Source: Strigamia acuminata
Taxonomy: Eukaryota
Length of the DNA: 64,000 nt
Direction of reading: 5' to 3'
Assembly: GCA_949358305.1 (NCBI GenBank)
Contig: OX442314.1
Location: 5,332,001-5,396,000, forward strand
In this document: positions 47,092 through 59,416 of the stretch, in pieces
How the letters are laid out: each line of letters starts with the position of its first letter
Position numbering within the stretch: the stretch's first letter is position 1
The notes under the pieces: generated by a model
What the model saw: the letters and a program-made list of their open reading frames with translations, nothing else
What the model was told of the DNA's origin: nothing
Databases searched by the model: none
Position numbers and translations under genes: made by a program

Positions 47092-50000
47092 TCAAAACCG
47101 CCCAAGTACTCTGGCGCCTTCCTTTTCCGTTCGGACCTCCTTGGCACAAAACCCGGTAATGCTGCTGGTCTCGCTCGTATAAAATACGCCTCTTGGTGGT
47201 GGCCCAGGCTGCAAATGGGCATTCGGCCTCGGTTGCTCTGGTTCCGCCTCTGGAATGTTGTCCTCATCAAATGGGAAATATCGCCTGACTTTCGTCACGT
47301 TTCTCTTCACGATTCTGCCGTCATTTGATTTTAACAATAGACATTTCCCATTCTTTCGAAATACAGTCATCAAATCGTGTTCGTACGCCAGATCGAGCTT
47401 GTGCGTTCTCGACTTCGCCCCTAAAACTCTATCGCCTTGTTGGATATCGCTTTCCTTGCTCCCACGACGCTGATCAGCGTACCGCTTCGATTTGTCCTTT
47501 TCTTCGGCATCTTTCTTTTTCACCATTCGATGTAATTTTCCCCTCTCTTCCGTCATAATCTGTGGCAATTTCGTCCTCATCTTTCTCTTCGTCATTAGTT
47601 CGAAAGGAGATACTCCCGTCGTCCGGTGTGGAGTGCTCCTGTATGACTGTAGAAACCTTCCGAGCGCTTTCTTCCAATCGCCGCCTTCAACTTTCGCCGA
47701 TCGGAAAGCCTTCACGAAGCTCTTGTTTAAGCGTTCCACGGTTCCGTTAGCCTGGGGCCAGTATGGAGTGACCCTTCGATGGTAGACACCGTGTTCGTCC
47801 AAAAAATCCTTAAAGTTCTGGGCCACGAACTGGGGACCATTGTCCGACGTCAGGGACTCCGGGATTCCCCACCGCTCGAACACGCGACGTAACCAACGGG
47901 TTATTACCTCCGACGTTGTCGATTTTAAAATCCGCACTTCGGGCCAACGCGAATAATAATCGACGAGAACGACAATCGAAAGGCCGTCCCGAAACGGGCC
48001 ACAAATATCGATTGCCAGCTCCACGCCGTGGTCTAAACCAGGCCACCAGACCTTTTCGCGTAGGCGTTGTTTAGTTCGAACGACGCCCTGGTGACCTTGG
48101 TGTCCCAATTCGATTACCCTGTTTCGTAGCGATTCCGGCATCACAATTCGTGCTCCACGAAGTAAAATTCCGTTTACCATCGCCAGTTCACTTCTAACAA
48201 GCTGGAACTTCTGTAAATCCTCTGCAAATCTGGTTCCGTCCTGCAAACAATTGTTAATTTTGCAAATTTCCTCGTCTGCTTTCGACGCCAGTTCTACTTC
48301 ATCTAAAGTCCTTGCCTTTGGTAGCGCGCTCTCGAGAATGAAACGCACGTGCCCCTCCGTTTGTCCAAAAACACTTTTTCCCTCTCCGACCGGCAGCAAA
48401 CGAGAAAGCGCGTCCGCAATGTTCGCGCTGCCCGGCCGGTGACGAATCGTGAATTCGAAGGACTGCAGCCTCAGGACCCATCTTTCCATCCTGGCTGACG
48501 GCTTCGATCTGGTTCCATAAATCGTCTCGAGCGCATTGTGGTCCGTAATTAGGAGAAATGGCATCCCAATTAAATAAATACGGAAGCGCTCACAGCCCCA
48601 AACGACTGCGAGCCCCTCCTTCTCAGTCTGCGAGTAACGTCGCTCTACGTCGGACAAGGTGCGGCTGGCGAACGCAATCGGCTTCATTTGTCCGTCAGTC
48701 TGACGTTGGGTCAGCACCGCTCCCAGCCCGACGGGCGACGCGTCGACAATCAGCTCAGTCTCGACGTTTTTCCGGAAGAACGCCAACACGTCCGAGCTGC
48801 ATAAAAGTTCCTTCAATCTCTCGAATGCATCGTTCTGGCGTTTTCCCCACTCGAATGTGATGTCCTTCCTAGCCATCAATCGAAGTGGCTCCGCCTCCGT
48901 CGCAAAATTAGGGATGTATCTGGCACAATAGTTGATTAGGCCTAAGAAACTCCGAATCTCGGTCTCGTTTTTCGGGGCGATGGCATTTCGAACTGCCTCC
49001 ACCTTCGAATCCGCAACTGAAATTCTACTTTTAGAAATTACATGTCCGAGAAAAGTCACCTTTGATACCTCAAAACAACACTTTTTAAGATTTAAAGTCA
49101 AACCATTTTGAGATAATGTCTCGAGAACTTTTTCCAAACGTTCATCGTGTTCCGCAGTTGTTCTTCCGTGTACGACAATGTCGTCGAGCGAATTCCTCGT
49201 GCCTTCGCAATCCGCCAAAATATTCTGCACGATGCGCTGGTATTCTTCCGGCGCGCTTGCAATTCCGAAGAAGAGTCTCTTGTAGCGGAACAGGCCACGG
49301 TGTGTCACAAACACGGTGTAACGTCTCGAATCTGGTTTAAGTGGAATCTGTAAATATCCTTGACGACAATCGAGCTTCGAAATCAGCTCCGCACCGTCGA
49401 TTTCGTCCAGGACCTCCTCCATGGTGGGCAGCGGATGGCGATTCCTTTTGACGGCTTCGTTGACAGCACGCATATCGAGGCAAATGCGTATAGAACCATC
49501 GGGCCTTTTCACGGGCACGACGGGCGAAACCCACTCGGTTGCCCCCGTGACCGGCTCGATGATATCTTGCTGTAAAAGGTTGTCAATTTCGATGTCAAGT
49601 TGTTTGCGAATATGGAATGGAATCCGCCGCACAGATTGTGCAACTGGTCGCACATCCGGATCCATGTAAAGTTCCAGTTCAAACTCTTTGAGTTTTCCAA
49701 TTCCCTTAAAGACATCTCGGAATTTCGTAATTCGATTGGCCAAGTCCTTTCGTAATTTGCCTACAGACTCATCAAATAAAGAATCATCATTATTAATTTC
49801 ATTTACTGTCTCTTCATCGATTTTCAACAATCCCAGTTCTTTAGACGTTTTCCTGCTCAATAAAGGAAGCTTTCCTGTCGGCACAACCAAAAATCTCGCA
49901 TTTACCGATTTCCTTGCGGTTTGCACCTGTGCGTTGAATTCACCGCTAACTACTAGTGGTTCGTTCACTCCATACGCGAACAGTCTCGTCCTGGTTGGCG

Positions 50001-51039
50001 TCAGTTTGATTCCTTTCTTTTTCAATAATAACCAAGTCCTTTGATCAATTATATTCACTGAGGAACCTGAATCCAGCAAAACTTTCACGTCCAAGTGTTC
50101 AATTTTCACTGACACGTCATCATTCGGTTTTTTAGACGAAATACAACACGAATACTCACTGTCGTAGTCGTATTCGTTGACACCGACGTATTGGACACGA
50201 TCCTTACCGCGTGCACGACCTCCGGCATTTTTCAACCTGCAAACTTTGGCAAAATGACCCAATTTGTGGCAAAACCCGCACTCTTTGTTTTTCGCCACCG
50301 TGCAATCGTTTGCTAGATGATCCTTATGACCGCAACGATAGCATTCCTTCGTTCCTTGCGAATTATCGTTACGTCGATCATCCGTATTTTGCGGCTTTGC
50401 ATTTGACTTCCGAAATGTGCCACGTCCCTTTCCTCGATTTTTGAAAAATGGTTTTTTCTCACCCAGCTGATTTACGAGGTTTTCCTTGGTATTTTCCGTC
50501 GTTGTGCGCTCCATCGCTGTTGCGTGTGGTTCACTTGCTTCCGACGAACGAGCCAACGTCAACAATGAACCTAAAGTTAAATCTGTTTCGCGCAACAAGC
50601 GCCGCTGCAAACCTTTATCGCAGCCTTTTTCCAGCACTTGGTCGACTATTAAATCTTTCTCCAAAACCCCGAATTCACAGCTTTTTACCATTCTTTTCAG
50701 GCGTGTCACGTAAGCGTCCATTAATTCCGCAGGCTCCTGTGTTTGCTGTCGGAATGTGTGCCGTTCAAACCTCAAATTCTTCCGTGGGTTGAAATAAACA
50801 GCCAAAGCTGCTTCGGCCAAATCAAATGTCACTTTGTTCGCAGGCTCGAACGTATCGAAAATGTCCTGTACGGCGGTCCCGGCTAGGTGTAGCAACGTGG
50901 CCAACTTTTGCGCCTCGCCAACTCTTGCTGCTATTACATAGTAACCGAATGCTTGACTCCACTTCTTCCAGCGATAGTCAAGATTACCTTCTGAAACGTC
51001 AAACGTCCCGACACTCGGCAAATTTAAGTTGGTGGCCAT
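47092..51039 (-). CDS. Gypsy-B single-ORF Gag-Pol
   Basis: Two CCHC knuckles, LLDSGS, SLDD, VDAS, IADALSR, SDNGPQF and VERLN. The integrase Zn-finger CxxC is missing. Confidence 0.93.
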   Translation of the reverse strand: MATNLNLPSVGTFDVSEGNLDYRWKKWSQAFGYYVIAARVGEAQKLATLLHLAGTAVQDIFDTFEPANKVTFDLAEAALAVYFNPRKNLRFERHTFRQQTQEPAELMDAYVTRLKRMVKSCEFGVLEKDLIVDQVLEKGCDKGLQRRLLRETDLTLGSLLTLARSSEASEPHATAMERTTTENTKENLVNQLGEKKPFFKNRGKGRGTFRKSNAKPQNTDDRRNDNSQGTKECYRCGHKDHLANDCTVAKNKECGFCHKLGHFAKVCRLKNAGGRARGKDRVQYVGVNEYDYDSEYSCCISSKKPNDDVSVKIEHLDVKVLLDSGSSVNIIDQRTWLLLKKKGIKLTPTRTRLFAYGVNEPLVVSGEFNAQVQTARKSVNARFLVVPTGKLPLLSRKTSKELGLLKIDEETVNEINNDDSLFDESVGKLRKDLANRITKFRDVFKGIGKLKEFELELYMDPDVRPVAQSVRRIPFHIRKQLDIEIDNLLQQDIIEPVTGATEWVSPVVPVKRPDGSIRICLDMRAVNEAVKRNRHPLPTMEEVLDEIDGAELISKLDCRQGYLQIPLKPDSRRYTVFVTHRGLFRYKRLFFGIASAPEEYQRIVQNILADCEGTRNSLDDIVVHGRTTAEHDERLEKVLETLSQNGLTLNLKKCCFEVSKVTFLGHVISKSRISVADSKVEAVRNAIAPKNETEIRSFLGLINYCARYIPNFATEAEPLRLMARKDITFEWGKRQNDAFERLKELLCSSDVLAFFRKNVETELIVDASPVGLGAVLTQRQTDGQMKPIAFASRTLSDVERRYSQTEKEGLAVVWGCERFRIYLIGMPFLLITDHNALETIYGTRSKPSARMERWVLRLQSFEFTIRHRPGSANIADALSRLLPVGEGKSVFGQTEGHVRFILESALPKARTLDEVELASKADEEICKINNCLQDGTRFAEDLQKFQLVRSELAMVNGILLRGARIVMPESLRNRVIELGHQGHQGVVRTKQRLREKVWWPGLDHGVELAIDICGPFRDGLSIVVLVDYYSRWPEVRILKSTTSEVITRWLRRVFERWGIPESLTSDNGPQFVAQNFKDFLDEHGVYHRRVTPYWPQANGTVERLNKSFVKAFRSAKVEGGDWKKALGRFLQSYRSTPHRTTGVSPFELMTKRKMRTKLPQIMTEERGKLHRMVKKKDAEEKDKSKRYADQRRGSKESDIQQGDRVLGAKSRTHKLDLAYEHDLMTVFRKNGKCLLLKSNDGRIVKRNVTKVRRYFPFDEDNIPEAEPEQPRPNAHLQPGPPPRGVFYTSETSSITGFCAKEVRTEKEGARVLGRF

Positions 51040-51229
51040 TTTCGTGAAAAATCAATGTAAACACGACCACGCCCACTTTGCAAAAACACTCACACCACTC
51101 AAAGTAATGGATGACAAGTCCAGTTTTTTGATGCGAATGGATTCCTTGTTCGTTTTGATCCTCGTCGCCAATGTCGTATCCTTGGATCGCTGCATGAAAT
51201 AAGGACACGGGTGTGTTGGGTGATGCATA

Positions 51230-51398
51230 CCGTACTGCCTCATTTAAACGCCCGGGCGTTTAATTCTTTTTTTGGGCCGACCCCCTCCCGGTAAAGTCGG
51301 TTCGGGGCGGCGCGCGGTGCAATAAACGCCGCCGAGCCCCGGCGTTTATTCGAGCCCGGCGTTTAAATGAACCCGGGCGTTTAAATGAGGCGGTACGG
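51230..51398. mobile_element. pogo/Tc2-like MITE in the 5' LTR of Gypsy-B
   Basis: TIR CCGTACTGCCTCATTTAAACGCCCGGG with TA TSD. It is absent from the other LTR, and its TIR is related to that of 13268-13621. Confidence 0.92.
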
Positions 51399-54300
51399 TA
51401 AGTTACAAGTGCTTTATTCAACATCAAAACGGATACAGGTGAGCACCAGCGCCAGGTGTCACCGTACATATGCGCCATCTAGTGGCGGCTCTCAATATTA
51501 CAGAATACCACAACAAGGGACATATAAGCTTTCAATCAGGTCAGATCCATCACTTATACCATGTTCACACCAACGGATCGAGTTTGGCTGGATCTGATCC
51601 GCCCAATCAGATCCAACTGAACAGACTTCCAATATTCACTTGGATGGAGTTGTGTTCACACCAAAATGTGATGTGCAACAATGGAATGCTACAGACCGCT
51701 GACATTATTTAATGAATTCCAATCCGAATCCAATCGTCGAATTGAGTTGTGGGAACTAGATTGACGAACGGAGTTGTTGGGCACACGGATCTAGATTCGT
51801 GAATGGAGTTCAGTGTTCACACCAATCTTGGATCTAGATCCACAGCTTCGTGAAAATATTCACATTAACTTACATAATCAGAAAAAGATAATTTAATTTC
51901 CAGAGCTTCCGTGGAAACACTTTGAAACTAACTAAATTAGCAATCAATCCTTTAATCACAGGAAAACGATCTGTCAGGTCGAAAATAACAACTCGTAAAA
52001 AATTATTGGATACCTCAAAAACCCCTACAAACTCTGTAGACGGATTTCAACGAGATGTTCTTAACGAATAGGCGTAGAACAAGTTTTAACCAATCAGGCA
52101 TCTCGGAAATCTCAAGCGTGGCATATTAATTCTAAATACATTCCAATCACATAACGTATTCATTATTTCAAAACATCAAATAATACTATAATTAATGGGA
52201 ACATTTAATCATTATCTTGCAGATCTTAAAATCACTTCAAAATTGAGTTAAACCCCAAATTCTGGTTATCTGACGTCATCAAAAGTGCGAGGTAGACGCT
52301 AATGGCCGAAAAATCTCACTCGAGATGTGGTCTGAGAAACCTTCAAGATCATTTAGGACCACCAAACCATCAATGGCAATCAATTCCTTGGTACAAAATA
52401 CACCCAACAAGCAGGTTAGATAAATTCTACAACTCTTTAAATTATTTTTACAACCTTGGGCGATATAAAATTGACAACCGCGTGGCAGAAACGACTCGAC
52501 AACCGCTTACCTGCGGTAACTGATTTAGATGTCCTGTCCTTCACAGAAAAATGTCATATATTGTTATGAAAGATGTCAGAGCAATGCGACCTCTGGCGAA
52601 TGAAAATAACACATTATGTAATTTGGTGCGATAGCACTCACTTCGATTCACGTTTAACCTTCAGCCTAGCCAGGCGCAATAAAATGTAGGCCAAGTTGTA
52701 CAACAATTAGTGCAGGTTTATTCGATACGAATACAGTTCAAAAAATATGTTTTTAGTTTTTTATTAATGATAAAGAACGGATGCTGACACCACAATGAAA
52801 CAACACGAAAACGAAGCTGATTTATTAAATGCTTAAACTTACAATTACATCAACAAATGAAATAATGTACGGAAGTCTAAATGATACATGAATTTCTACT
52901 TTTTCAATTATTTGCTGTAGAGTTTAGATTGTGAGACGTGTTGGAGGTTCAAAAGGCATTTGACTCGTCACTAAATAGTTTTTGCAACAACACAAATCGA
53001 AATATAATGGCGACTGGAAAATTTTGGAAAAATTGTCTGAAATTGTGTAATTGTGAAATTGTGATTTGAAAATTGTAAACAATGCCACAAATAAAGCAAT
53101 TAAAAATGTTTAGAATGCAAATGTAGAAGGATAATAATGACATTCCCAAGGTTAATCCTAGAATGCTGCCGATATCGCTTACAATTGAGATATTGGATAT
53201 TTCTCGTTCTCTTCGATAGTCTCGGTGAAACTATCAGCTAATTGAACGTTCATAAACGTATTGAAGTCAACTGCAAGCCATAAACAATTTCACTATCTGC
53301 TGATCGACGTTGTGCCGGCTTTATATATGATATACGTAGAAATACCACACTGGTTAAGGTTCTACCCACTAATTCCTACTTCTAGTATAATTGTGGCCCT
53401 TGCTGGAAATGCCATGAGAGTTGCTGTGGTTACAAAAGGCATTTGACTTATCACAAAAGATTTTTTTGTGATGATTTGCAATTGCAAATTCGATTATTGA
53501 CAGCAGGATAAATGTTGAAAATGAGTAGTGTGGTGTTTTAAACAATCCCACAAATTACACACGATTACTCAAGCAGACTCTGAACCAATTAAAAGTGTTT
53601 AGAATGCAAATGTAGAAAGATAGTATTGACATTCCCAAACCTAATCCTAGAATGCTGCCGATATCGCTTAAGAATTGAGACATTGGATATTTCTGTTTCT
53701 CTTCTATGGTCTCGGTCAAACTATCAACTAATTGAAAGGTCGCAAACGTGTAAAAATTGACTGGTAACTTACTCCCATGCACAATAGTTTGGTAAAACTT
53801 ATTTACGCAAAGTTGTTTACATTTGCACTGTTTTTGATTCGAAGCGTAGTTATTGAAGTACATCAGATGAGCGGTAGTAACATCTTTTGTAGTGTTGCAA
53901 TCTGGTAAGTTTGATGCTGTCATATAAGGTAATCTGAAAAGCCATTATAACAAGTAATTCAGAAATAGATGACAATAAAATGTGACAATAAATAAAAATA
54001 AACGTGAAACAAGCACTGAGATGTGAATAAAATAAAATGTGTCAAGCAGTTATCATACCTGCAGTTGATGCTTCTAAATAAATTGTTTTGTATACAAGCA
54101 TTTTTACACATCAAATATGTAGTTTTGTTATCTTCACATGGATTGCGCTTTGTATTTCTTTGTACAGTCTATTTTATAAAATCAAGTTCAGTATAAACAA
54201 TTAAACATGATGTACCGTATTTTTTGTATATATTGTTCAATTTATTACCATAAATTCTCGAAGTATAATATTATTTGTCCATCCATAGATTAACGCCAAT

Positions 54301-54932
54301 GGTTCCAGGATGTTAACTTCCTCTGCTAGATTATTTAGGAATAACTGAATAATATAAAATAATTAAAAACTTTGTGGATGCATATTGGATCACTTCCTGT
54401 AACTAACAAGTAATTTCAGACAAATCAGTCACAATTCATTTGAGTACACCAATTACTGATCAATTTAAATCCTGATTTATAGGAATCCAGTACTTTGGAT
54501 TCTAGGCTGTTGAGGGTAAGGTATTTATCTGTCTAATGATTTTAGCTTACCTTCATATCGTGGCAGCATATGTCTGAAGGTTGTAGGAATTCAAACGCAA
54601 ATGGAAAGTCAACTATTAGGTTGTGTGTTTTTTCTGGAAAACATTGGAAAGATCACAGTCAATTTTCAGAAACTTCAGCTAGATCTAGAGTGCAATTTTA
54701 ATTATAGTCAAAAGTAACTGCTGTAGTTGTAAGAAAAGTTGAAGGTGTACTTGTACGATAGCATAAACCTGAAGGCATAATACCAAAGGGATACGACACA
54801 TAGTTTACACCATGTATGGTATCATTAATTTGTGTGAAAGTGCTGTAATAACTACCGGATGGCCCACATAAAACCGGCCTGACAATACAAGGAGGGTCAC
54901 TAAGGGCGTCTCAAAAAAATTTACCATACAAT

Positions 54933-55771
54933 AGGGGGTTTCATTAATTAAGCAATTTTGTAATTTTCCAACTTTAGCAATTTTGCACTTTTGGATTTGT
55001 CACATGGTATCAGTTCCACCAATCATGTGCATAATGGCAAAAACACAAAACAGAAAAAATAAACAATCACAAAATCAAAGGTTGTTTTGCTATTTTGGCA
55101 AAATGACAGCAGCCAAGCTCAATCCAAGTGGCCATCACAAATTGTGATTAACAATTAGTTTCAAAAACAATCTCATGATTTTGCAATTTTGCAATTATTT
55201 AAATAGTCACATGACTTCCTATCCACCATATTGGGTTTTAGTTATATCCAACCAATTTTAAAATGTGATGCAAAATAACTATAGTTCTATTTGTGTGATG
55301 GAACAAAATTTTTTTTTAATAAAGTGCACTTTAATAAATATAAGTTTCACAGATTGCACCAGAGCCATTAATTGAGTTTCCTAGCTGTTATACAGTCATG
55401 GGTGCATCAGCATATTGATGATATACAAGGATACAAGTTGGCCACTTAGATAGAGCTTGGATGCCTCCATTTTGTTTTGAGTTTCACAAGTCTCAAAATC
55501 ACTTCTTATTAAAATCACAAAAACTACCTTTTAGACGTTTTTGGGATTTTGTGTTTTCACTTTCTTGTACTTTAGTGAATGTGAATGTGATTGGTAGAAC
55601 AGACATCACATGGCAATACTCAAAAATCACAAAGTTGTCCAGATCACACAATTGCAAAATTGACTGGGTTAATTCAATGTAATCCCATTTTTGGAGGCAT
55701 CAAAAAATAATGATTTTGTGATTAATGCAAAATCACAAAATTGAAAAATCATTCATATAATGAAACCCCCT
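54933..55771. mobile_element. MITE with AGGGGGTTTCATTA TIR (PIF/Harbinger-like)
   Basis: TIRs at both ends, with AAT duplicated relative to the empty site at ~13750. A second copy lies at 60417-61961. Confidence 0.75.
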
Positions 55772-56089
55772 AATGTTCAATAAAATATGTATTAATTATT
55801 TTACTTGTGGGCAGTGTTGGGTTTAATTAAGGTTTCTGGTGCAGTTTTTTCTGCTCTTTCGTTTGGTGTTTTTGATGATCTGAGTTTTTGTTCATGAGAT
55901 ATTTGCGTTTTTAATCAATTTTTGTGCAAATTTACCAAGTTTGATTGCAATAGTCATTCCTGAATTTCAGATCCTCACACATTAGAACACAGAAAAAGTA
56001 AGATTAAGGGCCAGCAGAAATAAGACTAAGGGTGAGTAAAAGCTGTGAGAGTAGAAGATTACATTGGCTATACGTATAGCCAGAGTATA

Positions 56090-56845
56090 CTCTGGCTTAC
56101 TGTTAGAAGGTATCCAGTTCGTATTGGCCGAGCCATTTCACTTGTGTAGGGCTACATAAAAGTAGGCTAAAATACAAACGCTCGAGTTACAAGAAGCCAT
56201 TTTGTGTCCAGACATAACAATCAATTATTAAAATTCAAAAATTGCTTATTTTCCAGACTAAGCAACCAATAAACTGAGCGAACTGAACAAAGAGGTAATT
56301 TGATAAAATAGCATCATAAAACATTGCTTTATGGCTTTTTAAAACATTTTATTATTAAATAAAAGCTAATTAATGTCATTCAGACCATTATGTGAGAATT
56401 GTATTTTGTCATTTTTATTTTATAAAGTTTTCTAATTGTTAGTAATAATACCTTAAGTGTTAAATTCCTTTTTTTTGTGTGTCATTTGAATATTGCTTAG
56501 TCATAGTGTAGTGTATCTTGTGTGTCATTTAAATTTAATATCATTTTACTTTCTCGATATTAGTTTTCCTGTTTGATTGAATTTATATTACTAGTTAGTT
56601 GCTGTTTGTGCTTTACAAAATAAACATCAAAAAACACAATTGTGCCCACGAGACTCTAAATTCATTTCTTCAACTTGGTTTTCATTAACCAAGACGGACC
56701 CACCGGAAGAGAAGACTGGAAACTTCACAATTACTATAATTTAAAACAAAAAAAATACATTTCCTGGTGGTGGTACACAGGCAACAGTTGGGAGTAAACA
56801 GGCTCGACCAATACGAACTGGGTACCGTCTAACAGTAAGCAAGAG
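56090..56845. mobile_element. TA-flanked MITE with ~45-bp TIRs
   Basis: CTCTGGCTTACTGTTAGAAGGTATCCAGTTCGTATTGG at the left end and a near-perfect reverse complement at the right end. Absent from the paralog at ~15880. Confidence 0.75.
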
Positions 56846-58593
56846 TATAGTAGAACTAAGCTTGTAAGGAGATTGAATCCAAGTGTGTATGTGTATTTAC
56901 TCGTGTTTACGTACGTATACCTGTACTGATTTGTGTACAATGTCCAAAAGGAAGGGGAATAAGGCTTTTTGATGCATTAACCATTGTTTTATATCCACGA
57001 AAATACTGTTAATATCAAATAATTTAATCTGATATTTCACCCATGGTTATATTTAGAAACATACCGTATCAGTTATTTCATTATTAAGATTGATTGTTTC
57101 GTGGACGTTGAGTGTGTTCCATATTTCTTGCAATGACAATTCGTTGTTGAACAATTGCCACGGTGATGTATTACTGCAGGTCTTGTTAGTTCGATTCATG
57201 AAGTTCAATCTGGCTTTATCAATTTCATCGTCTTGTGTTTCACCACAGACCGTGACAGACGGATATTGGGTAAAGCGTCGTGGAACTATGCTCACCGTTT
57301 TTGTTATCGGTTCTTCAATGTAGTAGTTTAAACGAATTTGCAAACAATATAAAGTGAATCCCGAGGAAATTATAACCAGAATTGTCTTAAAATTAAGTGA
57401 AATTACATTTCTTTCAATTTGCATCTGACTCTGAGTTATTTTCTTTGTGCATTTGTCATAAACTTGGTGAATCTTATTAACTGATTTTTTTTTCCGAATG
57501 TTTGCTAGATACCAAGCGATTTCAGGCAACGAGGTTAAAGAGAGACCGAGAAATAGGCCCAGATTTTCTCCTAAATCTGATAGTAAAGCAATAACATCAT
57601 ATGTGTACCGTTCTTCATACACGTTGATTTTATCATTAGTTATCGCTAGTGACACAGATATAATGTTTTTATCATCTGCTATGCCCGCATCGGTGTATGT
57701 TATAAATATTAACTGTTCGCATGGACGTCGACATAGACAATCAGCAATTGGATCGGTGGTTTCAATTAAATGATTTGCAATACCATACAGCTCATGGGTG
57801 GTATTTGAACATTCGCAGAGTGGTAAATCTATCTTTGTAAAGGGTAATCTGGCAAAAAAGATGTTTCATCACTTTTATTTTAGTTGTATTTGTATATTAT
57901 GCATCTTACCTGCAAAACACATATTTTTTTAATTTCTTAATTAAGCATCCACGATAACATTCTTTGTATTCGTTTTCACTGGAGCATGAACTCATCGATG
58001 AATTGAGAAATATGAACTTACAAGTTAGTCACTTAATATGTTTTAATTACGGTAGTCGTCTTCATATTTATCATTTTGCTTTGTGCTTACACAGCAATAA
58101 CTGCATCATTTTTGAATATTCTCCCAGTCTCGTTGAGGGGCTGGTAGTGAATTTCCGAGACTCTATGAGCTAATACTTAGATAGTCTTTGTCTGCTAAAC
58201 ACGTGGCAATTTTCCAAACCTTCCAATTGCAGCCTAAAAATAAAAATGGCACCAGCACACCGCACCGATCCAAAAACTCTTCCTTAACTTCCCTGCACGG
58301 CATTTGCTAAGTTTGCTTACCTGCATTATGCAATACAATATCTTGATATTTTATGATGCTGTATCATCAGCATCCTCTATGTTTTTTGCATGATAAATGA
58401 CATTGTATGAATTACCTTATCAATGTCTGGACCTTCCATTATTGTCGTACACCTGAATTTAATACCTACTGTATACTCTAGCAGACCAAAAAAAGCAAAG
58501 CTACTTTCCTGGTGGTATGACAACACAGTCTACAGTTAGAAGTAATGAGGGTGTGCCAATGGGAGAAAGGCTCTGCCAGAGTATAGTATGGAT

Positions 58594-59214
58594 TAGGGAT
58601 GAGAACGGGACCAATTTTGGGGTCCCGTCCCGTCCCGTGTCCCCAATGTCCAAATTTCTCCAGTCCCGTCCCGTCCCGTGTCCCGAATGTCCAAATTTCT
58701 CCAGTCCCGTCCCGTCCCGTGACCCGAAATGTCCAAATTTTTTCCGTCCCGTCCCGTCCCGTCCCGTGTCCCAAAATATGCTAATTTTTCGAGTCCCGAC
58801 CCGTCCCGTGTCCCGAAATTTGCCGATTTTTCGAATCACGAACGTAATATGCGCGTATAATGTTAACGTAATACGCGCGTATAACGTTAAAATATGATCA
58901 AATATGGATCATATATGATCAAATATGATAAAATATGATAAAATATGATCAAAAATGATCAAATGTGATAAATGTTATAAATAAATATGATAAAATAAAA
59001 CTTCACCAAGTCCCGTCTCGTCCCGAATCCCGCATAAGGCAAAAATTATCAGTCCCGTCCCGTCCCGTGTCCCGAATGCTCAAATTTTTCCAGTCCCGTC
59101 CCGTCCCGTGTCCCGAATGTTCAAATTTTTCCAGTCCCGTCCCGTCCCGAATCCCGCTGCGGGACGGGACCGGGACCGGGACCGGGACCAGTCCCGGTCC
59201 CGTTCTCATCCCTA
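58594..59214. mobile_element. hAT-type MITE
   Basis: Ac-like TIR TAGGGATGAGAACGGGACC, 8-bp TSD GTATGGAT and (GTCCC)n subterminal repeats. Empty site at ~44960. Confidence 0.92.
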
Positions 59215-59416
59215 GTATGGATGCTAGCATCAAAGTGTGAGATGTGGCCCATTCTTTCTCCAAAGAGACCCTGGGCTGAGAATATCCCACGACCCCATCT
59301 GCAGATCTGCCCCTAAGTGAATTTGAGCAGTCAGTTTCCGGTGATGTAACATTTATATCATCGTCTTCGGAAAGCGTTTGTCTGAAAAGGACAGAATGTA
59401 TTAAAGAGATCACGGT

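Larger units (their letters stand above)
45240..51512 (-). mobile_element. Gypsy LTR retrotransposon (Gypsy-B, Mag-like)
   Basis: 170-bp LTR at 45240-45409, and LTR 51172-51512 (the same sequence plus a MITE). 5-bp TSD ACAAG. PBS TGGCGACGAGGAT (tRNA-Ser(GCU)-like) at ~51158-51170. The empty site is visible at ~62390. Confidence 0.95.
53555..58020 (-). pseudogene. DEG/ENaC two-module gene, copy 2 (5'-truncated)
   Basis: Paralog of 11131-17050. Exon 57065-57848 has the same 784-bp length as 16098-16881. TM2 has GG changed to GE. Exons 1-2 are missing in place. Confidence 0.75.
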
